From Rhizophagus irregularis (taxonomy: Eukaryota), in the NCBI RefSeq assembly GCF_026210795.1, contig NC_089432.1, positions 2,666,001-2,730,000 of the forward strand: DNA of 64,000 nucleotides. The letters run 5' to 3'. The position numbers and the translations under genes are program-made. The notes below the pieces were generated by a model. The model was not told the DNA's origin. It saw only the letters and a program-made list of their open reading frames with translations, and ran no database searches. Each line of letters starts with the position of its first letter. Within the stretch, counting starts at the first letter, position 1. Of this stretch, positions 14,062 through 27,002 are shown piece by piece.

Positions 14062-14270
14062 ATTACTTAGGCAATAAAAAACCTAACAAGAAAGTTTTAG
14101 AAATCTTTCTAAATTTGAGGAATAGTTTTTTATAAAAAAATGAATTTTACTATTGAAATAATGTGAGAGTTTTTTTTACAATTTGTACTTTATTTGTAAT
14201 TATTAACATATTAATAAATAATTCAAATATTATTTTAATATTCATGCAAATTATTATTTATTTTCGTTTT

Positions 14271-14550
14271 GAAAGATTGCAATTTACAACTGAACGTATG
14301 TTTAATTTGTTTATGCTCATGATTTTATAATAATAAATATTAAATGTATTAATATGGAGAAATATTAATATAGCAGAAGCCGTAACAATTTACTGTATGT
14401 AGAGTAGCTTAAAAGAAAACAGATTTACAGAACTTGGAAGTAAAGTTTTATATTGTTTTCTAAATATTCAAGCAACTTTTATGATCTTCAACTGCGGCGA
14501 TGATACAGTGGATTTAGCAACACGTGAACTATTAGAAAAATATCAATTAG
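14271..14550 (+). pseudogene. HSP70/HSPA12-like gene fragment
   Basis: ERLQFTTE|intron|EAVTIYCM*...TFMIFNCGDDTVDLATRELL is a decayed version of the TTEPEAAAIYC...DCGGGTVDL motifs. Confidence 0.7.
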
Positions 14551-14559
14551 TACCAGTTT

Positions 14560-16705
14560 TTTTGATTTTCAGCAGTAGCTAAAACTTCAACGGATCCGAA
14601 AGATAAAGTAAATAAAATTATTATGTCCTCCATGTCTTCAATATCTTCATTCTTTGGTAATTCAATCTCCCAATTGCGAAGTAAACTCACTCTGGGATCA
14701 TTACAAAATTATGCATCAGTATTTCTTGTAACGTACATATTAAACTCAATTTTTTGTTGCGTTATTGAACAAGGTTCAAATGCTTTAATAACTCTTTAAT
14801 TTACTGGAACTTGTTCACCTCGTTTTGTGAGTGCGTCGAAAATTATAGATAAATCATTTGGAAATTTCTCCGATGCTGGATCATCTGATTGGGATGCTCG
14901 TGCAATATCGGTTCCTATAATTAAATGCTTTAGATTTTCATAAAATACGATATGCATCTAAATAGATTAAAAAATTTGTTATACCGTATGTTCTTATTAA
15001 GACACAATTCACGACCTTTTCTTCTTGAAGTCCAAACTGAACTCCAATGGCAATAATAGGATGTATTGGTACGCCAAATTCTTGTCTAATTCTAGCTTGT
15101 AAGTATCTAGATTTATTAAATACACCAGTTAACATCAGAGCCGAACATTTTTTATTCCTCTTTTCTAGTTGTCCTCTTATCAATCGAATAATTCTTCTTA
15201 TAACTGGATCAAACATCGCTTTGATATCTTCGAATTCGATTTCTATCAACCAATCGGCTTCTTCTAACCGATTTTTCTCTTCTCCAGCAGTAACATACTG
15301 TTTTATTAATTTATGATCATCTAAATCAATATCATAAGATTGAAAAGATTTTAACACGTCTACAAAATTCTTGTATTATATATTGCAATAGACTATTTTA
15401 AGATTTCACCTAGAAATTTTTACAAATTCTTGATCTATTGTCACATGTACCGATCAAAATAACCAGAACTTCAGTCATTTTCTATAAAAAATGTCTCTTT
15501 TTTAAGTTGGATATCATAAACTTCTTCATCACCTTTTATAATATTTCTTTTGTGTAATTTTTGTGTTGTTGTTTCTTTAGAATATAATTTAATTAATACC
15601 TATGAAACTTGGTCCATAGTATCTCCCGTACATTCTGTTACTTCGCTCATCTTATTGCCAGCCGTGTTGTTAAATCTACCGTGTCACCGCAACAATCATA
15701 AACGAAGCTATTGTGATTGCCAAAATAATTTATTCAATGGAGAATTATTATTTAACAAAATGAGATGTTTTTATCATACCTCCTGTACTTAAATTATATT
15801 GTCCCTTCATAGAATTCAAACAATATATTGCGACAGCTTCAGCTATTTTTCAAAAAAAAAAAAAAGATTTTGATTAATTTCCGAATTATTAAATAAACCA
15901 TATATATGAATTACATACGTTCTGTCGCAAATTTTAAGTTTCTACTAAACTTGTCTTTAGTCAGTTCTGCAGTAAAAGCATGATATTCACGCATAGTTGA
16001 GATTGCATCATCATCAAATTCTGCCGGTACCTTTGGTAAACAATTAGTAGAAAAAAGCAATATTAATTAAAATGAATTTCGAATTTTTTATGAATAAAAC
16101 ATATGTATATATATGTAATACCGTAAATATAGTTAAAACTTGTCTGTAAAATCCCAAATTTTGCCACTTACTAACGCAACTAATTTTAACCATTTCGGCC
16201 AATTTTCCTAAATAATCTGTGATAACTTTCTTATATTCCAATCCTTCCGATAAAAAAGGTTTATCACTTAATTCTTTTATTAAATGTAATTTAAATAATC
16301 AGAATACTTTTTTTGTTTTTCCGCTAAGGCAGGAAATCCCCAAGATTTTACGACTTTATACTTTTCGTCATATTTAATAACGGTCGGAGTTTTATAATGC
16401 TTCAAGTCCTTCCCAGTTTTTTTGTACAATTATCTCATTTGGATTAGACTTATGCGCATAAGCATAACCCCTCTTTTAATTGTTTTAATTGAAAATTTTG
16501 ATTAATTAGAACCATCCAAATTTTACAAATTTAATCATTAAATATTGGAAAGCTTCACAGAATAAGTTGTTCCAAAGTCTGGATGTATTATATAAGGTTA
16601 ATAAATGTTAATTGAGAGATTATTTTATCTAATAAAAATTGAATTTATTATGATAAACATACCGATGGATACTACAACTCGAATATCATTATCAAGCCGT
16701 GACAT
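14560..16705 (-). pseudogene. HSP70-like (HSPA12 type) multi-exon pseudogene
   Basis: MSRLDNDIRVVVSI|DFGTTYS, KTPTVIKYD, YKKVITDYLGKL, FEDIKAMFDPVIRRIIRLIRGQL and LSFGSVEV are present, with many frameshifts and stops. Confidence 0.8.
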
Positions 16706-17356
16706 CTTTTTTTTCTTTTAACAGGAAAAAACTGAGACAGTATAAAGTATAAACAGATGCAGATCAGATTAAAATATTCAAACTATACTATTTAAAAAAT
16801 AATCATTGCTATTTAAAGAGTAATCAAATTCTTTGTTTACACATGACCTTGATAAAGCAATTTGGGTTAATTCCGGTTTCTAATCCCGTTTTATGTGATA
16901 AATAAGATTTTCTGGTAAAAAAAAATGTCGGGTTGCTCAGATTTCCGTGTTGTGGTCGGTCTAGGTAAAATAGAGATTTTCTTTTAAGAATTATCAAATT
17001 TAATATTTAATTATTGATTTTTTTTTAAATAGACTTTGGGACCACTTTTTCGGTATGTTATTTTGAAATTTATTTCATTTGCATTTACATCAGAATTGGT
17101 TTGTATAAATATTTATTCATATTTTTTTTAAAAAAAAAATAATAAAACATACTTCGCGAATTTTTTCTTTAATTTTTTTTTTCGAAGTGGCACTAACTCG
17201 TGATTGGTGGCTAAGCCACAACAGATGCCAAGTGATCGACAAAACTCGAACTATAATTAACAACGTTAGTGACGTCATTCCGAAAATTAATATAAATCAG
17301 GCTTAATAATAAAATATGATTACACAAATACCTTTTTTTTTCTTTCTTCGTTTACA

Positions 17357-18967
17357 ATGTCATGTTCAAAAATATTTTCAGGAGATTTACCAGAATTAAC
17401 ATATGAAGTTATGAAATATTTCCAAAATGATTTTTTAACTTTATATTCATGCATTTTAGTTAACAGATTATGGTGTCGTTTAGCGATTCCATTATTATGG
17501 GAAAATCCATTTTCAATTCCTACAAAAAATTACAAATTTATTGAAATTTATTTACAAAATTTAAAGGATAATGATTTTAAAACAAAGTCAAAGATATATA
17601 AAATTGATGATAATTTATTTTATTTAAATACACTTTTTAATTATCCTAATTTTATAAAATATATAAATTTATTGAAGGTTATTAAATCTGTTGGAAAGTG
17701 GTTTGAAGATTCTGTCAGAACTTTAAAATCTGGAAATAGATATTTTTTACAAAATCCAGATAAACTTTCAACATTTAATTTTAAAAGATTAATTTATATA
17801 TCATTATTTAAAATATTTATTGAAAATGAAGTAAATTTAAATATTCTTAACATTGATATCTTCCCTATTTCCAGTTATGTAACCTACTATTATGATATTT
17901 TTGTATTAATTTTACAAAATTCAAATTTCATCCACAATATTAAAAATTTGAACCTTTATATTGGTAGTGAGCCATCTAGTGTCTTAATCTACAACAATAA
18001 TAGTGAAAATGCATTAATTAAAAGTCAAATATTACAAGTAATTAATTTACATCAAAATCTTAAAAAAATTATATTGGATAATGATAGTTTCCCTTATTAT
18101 CAATCATTATTTTTATCAAAAGAATATAATTGTTCAAATACTTTAAATACGATAATACTATATCAAGTCAATTTTAATAGTATAATTAATTTAGATAAAA
18201 TATTTGAACAATTAAATGTTTTAGAATCTGTTCATATTTCTTATTGTTTTCCTTTAAATAGTAACTTTATTCAACAAATTATTAATTTAACCAAACCGTT
18301 TAAACTAAAGTCTTTATTTATAGAAGGAAGATTACAAATCAATTTATTAGAATTATTACTACAAAAATCTGGTGATTATTTGGAAAATTTCGCTGTATCT
18401 GGATTTAGTCATTATGATTCATCATCAAAACGACAATTAATAGGATTAATTACTAAATATTGTAATAATATCAAATTTCTTGCTTTATATGGATTTGAAA
18501 CCCAGATTACTCATCTAATTGAAAGTATTAACCGTAATCTTAATTATCTTTCAATCCTCATCAATGAAATTTATCGAGATCATAATGTTGGTTATAATTC
18601 AACTTTTCTACAAAATTTAGGACAAATTCTTCCTTCTAAACTAGAATACTTGAGTTTATCTCTTTTTATTAAAAAAAGTGATTTTAAAATATTCTTAGAA
18701 AATACTCAAAATACTTTTATTAATAGATTGGTAATAGTGCAACAAAGTGAAGATGATATTTTACATTATATAAAGGAATTTATTATGAAAGAAAAAAGAG
18801 TCAAGTATTTGGCTATTAGGAATCTTAGAAATATACTAGATTTGTCAACTTTAAAAGATGAAGTGAATGAATTCATGTTATATAATATTATAGTTCTAAA
18901 TTTTTTTAAATTATATTTACATGTTAGGAATTATGAATTTGTAAAGAATATTGATTATTATTCATAA
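17357..18967 (+). CDS. F-box-like domain / LRR-like protein (expanded Glomeromycota family), 536 aa, single exon
   Basis: N-terminus MSCSKIFSGDLPEL...LYSCILVNRLWCRLAIPLLWENPF is F-box-like. Leucine-rich C-terminal half. ORF is intact. Confidence 0.88.
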   Translation: MSCSKIFSGDLPELTYEVMKYFQNDFLTLYSCILVNRLWCRLAIPLLWENPFSIPTKNYKFIEIYLQNLKDNDFKTKSKIYKIDDNLFYLNTLFNYPNFIKYINLLKVIKSVGKWFEDSVRTLKSGNRYFLQNPDKLSTFNFKRLIYISLFKIFIENEVNLNILNIDIFPISSYVTYYYDIFVLILQNSNFIHNIKNLNLYIGSEPSSVLIYNNNSENALIKSQILQVINLHQNLKKIILDNDSFPYYQSLFLSKEYNCSNTLNTIILYQVNFNSIINLDKIFEQLNVLESVHISYCFPLNSNFIQQIINLTKPFKLKSLFIEGRLQINLLELLLQKSGDYLENFAVSGFSHYDSSSKRQLIGLITKYCNNIKFLALYGFETQITHLIESINRNLNYLSILINEIYRDHNVGYNSTFLQNLGQILPSKLEYLSLSLFIKKSDFKIFLENTQNTFINRLVIVQQSEDDILHYIKEFIMKEKRVKYLAIRNLRNILDLSTLKDEVNEFMLYNIIVLNFFKLYLHVRNYEFVKNIDYYS

Positions 18968-20608
18968 AGATGAATATTATCTACAATATTTGTAATATTT
19001 ATAAATTACTACAAATAAATAATATTTTATTGAGAAATACTTTTTTATTCATGACAATTTTATAAATTTATAAAAATTGAAATCCACTTTTAAGAAATGA
19101 TCCTAGAGCTGTATCAGTCCGGTCCAGTCCAGTCCCAAGAAGGCTTCTTAAATTTTTTTAAAATAAAAACTAATGGTAGATCAGTCTCAAAATTGGTCTG
19201 CAGTATAAATCATATTTAACGCTATATTTGAAAAAGAATTGAATAATCATGGATCAATTAACAAATTATAAATATAAAAATTACTTAAAATGATACATTT
19301 TTAAATCAACAAATACCATCTATAATTGAATTAAAGAAAGATATATGAGAAATGCAGCTAAAGTAATTAAAGCGACTAAAAAGGATATGTAAAAAATGGT
19401 TTTGCTTATTAGAATCTAATTGCTATGACCATTGATTTAACTAATTTGTAACACAAAAAAATAATTTAAACTTTTTTTTACAGATAAAATAATGTGGTAT
19501 AAAAAATTTTTCTATAATTACTGCTGATACTAATTATATTATTTAATTTCATTATTTTTTTTTATTTTTCTGTTGTACTTGTAAAAAAAAAAATAATTAT
19601 TATAGATTAAAAAAATTTTTTATCACTATGAAGTCAAGTAAACAAATAATTCTTTGTTCTTATTTATTAGCAAAAAAATTCTACCGATCATTTTTACGCT
19701 CTCCAAGCTAAACAAATTTGGCTAGATAAATAAAAGAAAAATAATTTTTTAAAAATATTAGTAATCAACAAATAATAAAAAAAGAAAAAAATTGCGAACT
19801 AACTTGTAATATGTCAATCATTATTTAGATTCATAATTTACGTATTTGAATTTGCCGATTCAAATCGATTCATCGTAAGAATTTTCATGTAAATATCCAA
19901 AATCAATTTAAACAATATTTTATTTTATTTTTTTTTATTAAAAAAAAAACTAAAGCAAAATCATTAGTACAACCTGTTAATAATGAAATTAATACTTTAA
20001 ATGGTGTGACTAAAATAAAATAAAATAAAATATTGTTCTCCGTAATATCATAAGTCCATAACTGATATAGCTGATCAATTGTTTACGTAATAACATAAAT
20101 AATATAGATTATAATTGAAAATCTTTAAGCTAGCTGAGCTAAGTTAAGACGTGGTTTCACAAATATCTGAATCCATAGGATTGGATCAAATTATAAAAGA
20201 AGTCATTATTTTCATTTTTTATATTATCACATGAACAATAAAAATTTACACGTCACTGACTATTAATTATTAATTAGTATAAAGTGATTAACCAGTTAAT
20301 GTAACTTTGCAAATTAATTAACTGGTTAATAGTAGGTATAAATATATTGATTGGATGTGTCCTTTCATTGTTCTGATTCACATGAGAATCAATACGACAA
20401 TAAAAAAAGCATCGTTAAAATGAAAATAATTTATTACTTTTTATATCATTACAACAATTAAAAAGTATTTTTACCAAATAGAACAACGTTAATTGATATT
20501 ATGTTATAAATTAAAATTATTCACAAAAAAAATGGTTATTTATAAAAACTACATATATTAAAATAATTCTTTGAACGTGAAAATATTCAAAATAATAGAT
20601 CTTCAGAA

Positions 20609-20728
20609 TCCAGCTGGAATAATCTTGAAATTGTAACACTTGAAAGAAGTGATTTTATAACTGTTCCTGAAGAAATTAGAGAATATGAATGACTTGAAAG
20701 AGTAGCCAATAACCCCTTTCCAATATAA
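20609..20728 (+). pseudogene. Remnant of a Helitron PIF1 helicase C-terminus
   Basis: SSWNNLEIVTLERSDFITVPEEIREYE*LERVANNPFPI* aligns by eye with the helicase tails at 37819-37947 and 32729-32860. Confidence 0.6.
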
Positions 20729-21589
20729 CGTCTATTGCACCTATTAAATATTAGTAATATACATATTATTAAATTTACCCAAATAGTTATAAATTAAAAA
20801 AAAAAATAAATGAGTAAAATTTAATTTGACGTTTAGACTAGCATTTATAAATAGTTTTGAATTGTGTAATATGTTTACTGCTTGCGCCTAATCTATTCCA
20901 TGTTAGCGTAAGTTTTTTTTTGCTCTTTGATTTTTGGATTATTAAGGTTAATATTAGTAAGTTCAAGAAACCCGTTATTTTTTAGGTTGATGACTTAGGA
21001 CTTTGAATTTTTTTGTAAGTTTTATTAGTTTCGTCATTGATTCTTTAACCTCTTTAGATTACAATATTGGATTTTGATTTTACAGTTACTATTCTTAAAC
21101 GGTTGGTTTGTTTATATGAATTTATAGATGATCACTGTGTAGGTTCTTTTCAGCTTAGAAATACTTATTATGTAATAGATAAGGGGTATGAAGAATATAT
21201 AGTTCAGATTAATATAGAATATAGATATATTAATATACATTTTATTTACATTTAATATTCAATTTATTGGCTAAATAATGAAGTCAATCTACTAGTGGAA
21301 AAGTGAATGAAATTTTTGAAAGTGAAGATTCACAAGCTAGTGTAAAAGTAAATGAAATGATATTAAGTAAAGATTTGAATGATTGTATATTCAATTTGAA
21401 GTCATTAGGTATGAAATATAGTATATAAAAAGAATTAATTTTACAAATTATTCGTATGAAATTAATTTTATTTATTTAATTGTTTAGACATTAAAACAGA
21501 TAAAAAATAACTAATTATTTGTGTTTTTATAAGAATTTATAGTTTTTTTTAAGTGATATTTGATGTCATGCTTCAACAGAAATTGTTGT

Positions 21590-21975
21590 TTAGATTTATT
21601 TAAACACTAAGACTAGAGTAGTAAAATATTTTACAAGATTCTTAGTTTGTAATTTAAATAATTCCTTTTTTTACATTTTATCCAATTAAATATATGTATT
21701 CAATATTTTCTTTTTTAGAATTATTTAAACACTAAAGCTAGAGTAGTAAATACTTTACAAATTTCTTAGTTTGTAATTTAAATAATTCCTTTTTTTTATA
21801 GGTTATCCAAGTATTAAATATTATATTCTCTTTTATTTTACTTAGAATTATTTAAACACTAAGACTAGACTCTAGAGTAGTAAATATTTTACTTAGAATT
21901 ATTTAAACACTAAGACTAGACTCTAGAGTAGTAAATGTTTTACAAGTTTCTTAGTTTGTAATTTAAATAAATCTT
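21590..21975 (+). repeat. Degenerate tandem repeat, 4 copies of TTATTTAAACACTAAGACTAGAGTAGTAAA
   Basis: Copies near 21597, 21721, 21848 and 21899. The last two form an exact ~51-bp duplication. Confidence 0.75.
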
Positions 21976-22487
21976 TTTTTTTTATAACTTTTCCAATTAT
22001 TATATATAAATTATCAAAATAATAATATAAGTATATAAAACCAACCATTACCAATACATAAAATTAAAATAAATAATGTAAAATTTTATACTCATTTCAA
22101 TAGCTGATTGTATTTAATTTATATTTTTGACTTTTATTTTTAATTTTATTTAAAACCTGCAAAAATATTATCTATTTTTTAAGGAATTATATATTAAGAC
22201 AAGACATTACATTATGCATAATTATTTAATTATTTTGACTTTATAATACATTGACAGGCAGTCTGATGGTCTAATTGTAAAATATTTTTTTTTAGAACTT
22301 TTTTATTTGTAAAATTATTTCAGTAGTCATTTAAAAATTTATTATGATTTTTTTTTCAGATCCTAATAAAGATGCGTATGGAAATATTTTGCATGTCTAA
22401 GTGACAAAAAGCAATCGATTTCACATTTGCCTATTTGATTTAGAAGGCTATCTTTGTCTTGTAAGCTAATTTTAAATAAACCACCTT

Positions 22488-22731
22488 CTATACGAAAAAA
22501 AGTAGATACGTTTTGTATACCGAGAGATACGTTTGGGTATGTTTTTTATACGCACAATTCCATACCTTATAATATACGTTTTTCTCAATATAATTTCACA
22601 TAACGTATATTGCGAGGTACGGGAAAATGCACAATTCCGTATCTCACAATATTAAAAACGTACCTAAACGTATTTCTCAGTATACAAAACGTAACTTTCA
22701 GTATAAAAAACATATACATTTTTTTATAGGG
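22488..22731. mobile_element. ~244-bp MITE, CCCTA-ended family, 3-bp TSD (CTT)
   Basis: Imperfect long inverted repeat: TACGTTTTGTATACCGAGAGATACGTTTGGGTA vs TACCTAAACGTATTTCTCAGTATACAAAACGTA. Right end TTTTTATAGGG, left end degenerate. CTT on both flanks. Confidence 0.6.
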
Positions 22732-25700
22732 CTTCACATTTGATAATTGATCAAATTTTTACATGTAAAAGATATTTGCAAAAATTTTTTAGAGTTGATC
22801 ATACATATGAATTTTTGGAATAATATCCAGAAAAATACTAGATGTTGAGTTAACAAAAATTTTTACTAGATAACTAGTAAATTGAAAATATAATAAGTAT
22901 ATAATTATAATAAACAATAGATATAAAGAAAGCAATAAGTATTAAAGAACCTAATAAAAATTTCCACCTTAATTTCAGTGCATGATGTTAAAATTCCAAT
23001 GAAAATCATAGTTGAAATAAAATAAATGAATAATAAAGTATATATTATAATATTATTCATAGGAAAACCCCAAAAACATAGGTGCATTATGCCATATATA
23101 GAAAGACTTCATCCCCACAGTAAATTTTGTTTATCTTTAGATGCAGATCGTGGTATAATATTAATGACTTTAAAATTTGCTACCATTTTGATAGAGCCAA
23201 AAAAACTAAAAACGTATTATTTTTTAATTATTAAAAGGTTAGTAGTCAAATGGTTATCATTTAAAAGTGAAAGGTTGAATTAAAATTATATGGTTATACT
23301 AAATTTGGTTAGAATATGCTCATATGCCAAAAAAGAATAATTAATTTTATGAATTATGAGTTATCTGTTATAGTTTTTTTGACTACTAATATTTAAATCT
23401 TGATTTTGCATGCAATGACATAAAGATCAGCTTGGAAGCTGCAGATACCAGTAGGTAGTCACATAATTTATCTTTTTTGCTTACTAGTACTAATATCGTT
23501 TTTGTTTAATGTGTACTAATAGACAATCTTTATCTAAAGAATGGGATGACTGCTTTCATCTTTAATCTTTATGAATGGTAAAACTAGCAATAAAAAACTT
23601 TATGGTGCTATCAAGTTAATAGATGGGCATCAAAAATTTTTAATTGTAATATCTTAAAGTTTAACAGGTTTTATTTCTTTAAAATCACGTAATTTTTATT
23701 TTTCTATTACAAAATGAAAAGATTAATAAATAGACTTTTTAAATGATCTGTTTAAATAAATACATATATATATTCATTCAACATGAGCAGATACATAGTT
23801 TCTGTCATATACACCATTTACAATGTATAAAATGAATATCACCTATCTAAAACACCTTCCTAAAAAAAACTAAACTGACACTTGAAAATGATAAGGGTAA
23901 GTTTATTAAAGAAAATGCTACACCAGCATACTCGTAAAAAAAAACTAACTATCTATACTATCTAGCCATTCCCAATCATGTGAACCATCTAAAATAAAAC
24001 TATAATTTTTGTTTTATTACTTTTTCATTTTATCCCCTCACTCACTTTTTCCTATAGGTACAAGAATAACGCACGCAACAAAATCTCTTCTGTCATCATT
24101 TTCCATAGACTTTCTTCCGACTAACAAACTTACAAAGCAAAGCCCTCGGTAATGCGAAATGAATGCCCTCAGACAAGGTCAGTCACTACTTAAGAATTAG
24201 TTAAGCCTCCCAGGAAGTGCCCGCCTGAACTAGATAAAATTTTCAGATCAACAAAATCACGTGACCATCACAGGAAACTTTTGTATTGGTTTAGCAGTAA
24301 AAATCAACAACCAACTAATTCATCAAGCCTTCCTTTTTTTGTCTCGAAAAATGTGTTCTACCTTTTTATGCTGCGCCTTCCAAGACTTGACTAAATTTCA
24401 TAGAAAAAAAAAGAAAAAAAAAGACAGAAACTAACGAAAAACACTGAAAAATATTTGAAGACTCTAGAGACTCACAATATAAGCTCTTTCTAGACATAAA
24501 GTTCAACTTTAGATTGCTTTCCTTCTTTGAACATGTCAACTCTTTTTAGTATTTTTAAGACAAAAAACAATTTCTGCAAATGATGCCTTTTTGAAAAAAA
24601 ACTTTATTTTGTAGTAAAACCAAAAATTTTTTGTGTTTTCAGATATGTAAAGGAATGACGAACAAGTAGGACAGTAAACTGCTCAAAAATAACAACTTTT
24701 ATATAGGAACTTATGTCTTTTTTCCTTTTCCGTAAAATTTTTGGTTGGGGATTTGTTCTGTTTAAATATATATATATATTTATTTAAAATTATTAAAATA
24801 ATTTCAGCCAAATTATTTTAGGTTTTTGACTTGATTTGGGTAAAGTAAATTAAGAAATATATTTTTATTTTTATTTTTATTTTTTTTTTTGAGTAAATAA
24901 AATTATATTTCTTAACAAGGATATGTTTTATTAAAAAAAAAAGACTTTATTTTCAGTCAGGTTTGTTCAACAAGATATTCAAAACCATCAACCTGTCTGG
25001 CTGAAAACTTCTTTTTTATTTTTTTTTTAATTAATTAGTTTATTCATTTATTAAAGCAAAAATATTTCGTTTAATTCCAATATACTTGTCAAATTTTAAA
25101 AAAAAAATCATTTTTTGGCCAAATGGATTGATGATTATCAAAAACTATCAACCTGTCTGGACGAAAATTTCTTTTTTTTTTTAATTAGCTTATTCATTAT
25201 ATTAAAGAAAAAATACTTATTTAATTTAAAAAAAGTAAATGGTTAACAAAACAGGGAGCGTGTTACTATAGTATGATATTGCAGCGCTTTGCCAAACTTA
25301 GTTAATAATCAAAAATTGTGTTACTCAGCTATGGCAAGCCACTCTGGTCAAAAGTGTGCCGCATTTTGCGGCAGGTGCGCCTGTTTTTAGGCGCCTGATG
25401 CGCTAAGTGCGGCAGGTACACCTATTTTTAGGCGCCTAAGTGCGGCAGGTGCACATAGTTTTTAGGCGCTTGATGCGCAGGACGCGCCTGGTTTTAGGCG
25501 CCTGAGGCGCCTAAGTGCGGCAGTTGCTCCTGATTGCAGCAGGTGCGCCTGTTTTTAGGCGCCTAATTGCGGCAAGTGCAGCAGATTGCGGCAGGTGCTC
25601 CTGTTTTTTGTTCCTTTTCAATCATAGGCTTTTTTTGGAAATAAGCATCTTCTGAGCTTTTAGCATAGATCTACGTACATTGCCAAATTAATTTAATAAT

Positions 25701-27002
25701 TTTATAAAAATAGTAAGTTAAGCTTTTTTTGGTTCAAACTCGTTCCAATGGATTGGATGTTGTTCTATCCTTGAAATTATCACCAGACTTGTGGTTTGTG
25801 TGATGATCTCTTTTTATCCTGCTATAGTTATTATAATACTAATTTTTAAATGTGAACAATTTTAGTTTATTTCAAAAAATTCAAAATTTATTACAAATCT
25901 TATCTACTGTTTAAATTTTCATGATTTATATATGAGCATGAAGAAGTAGTCTTTCCTAGTTAATATTACCTTCAGTTAATCTCAGTTTATTAAACAAAAA
26001 TAGAACTAATTGCATAAAATTTTTATAAATCACTAATTATTTTGTGTAGCATATATACTACTGTACAATTATATAATCCATGGTTTTGTATAAATGTAGC
26101 AAATTAATAGAAATTACTCAGCTTGCTCAAATATAGCATTGGTATTGAAAATTTTAGTTAACCAAAGTCATGTACTATAAATATTTATACTAGCCCTGCT
26201 CATCCGATTCTAGTGTAATTAATTTTAGCAAATTAAAATTGAGTATAAAATCATATTAAATTTTTTCTGTTTATTTTCAACCGATCATGTTAAAGCTGTA
26301 TTGCATTTTAAAATTTCGGAATACACAGATCATCAATTTTCTTAATCTGTTGTTTCAGTTGTTGTTCCAATTTTTAAAAATTTTGAAAAAAATCAAATGG
26401 AAGTAAACAGGGCTACTGTCTAGAATTGCATATAGTATTCCCTTTTCACAAAGCAGTAACCCTACCTATGATAAAAATAGTTTACTAACTTTAACATTAC
26501 CTCAAAATTAATCTCTATTTTATTTTTATTTCATTTTAATAATTATATTATCGATGTTAATCTCGTTTTTTCTTGTAAAATAAAATTTCTGTCTTTAAAA
26601 ACCTTAACAAAAAAATTTATAATATATTAAATTACTATTAAATTATTATGTTTAACAAATAATAATTTTTTTTTTACAAAACTTTTATTAAAAAATAATT
26701 TTTTTAGCATATTTTTAAATTTTATAACTTATAATATAGTAATAATATTAAAAAAAATAATTTATATAACTAAATAATAAAGATACTGTACCTTTGACTT
26801 TTTTTTTTAACTAAATGTTATAAAATAATATTAAACTGACACATTTTTACTTATATATTTTAAACTATTTTTATCACGGTGCAGGATTACTGCATACCAA
26901 ATTTCATAAGACCTGGATATTTTACTAGAAATAAAAAAAATTCCTATCTTAGAACCCGGGTAATTTATAAACTCCTAATAATTTAATAATTATAAAATCT
27001 TG

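Noticed and set aside
12810..14135. Repeated 62-71-aa ORFs on both strands
   Set aside because: By-products of the 447-bp repeat. They cross the predicted splice sites and show no protein-family signature.
21590..21975. Repeat-spacer look (CRISPR-like)
   Set aside because: Eukaryotic context, irregular unit lengths, intervening sequences are themselves similar, and no cas genes.
24141..24165. CCCTCGGTAATGCGAAATG resembling the HDV ribozyme 3' end
   Set aside because: The P1/P2/P3/P1.1 nested pseudoknot could not be built from the upstream sequence.
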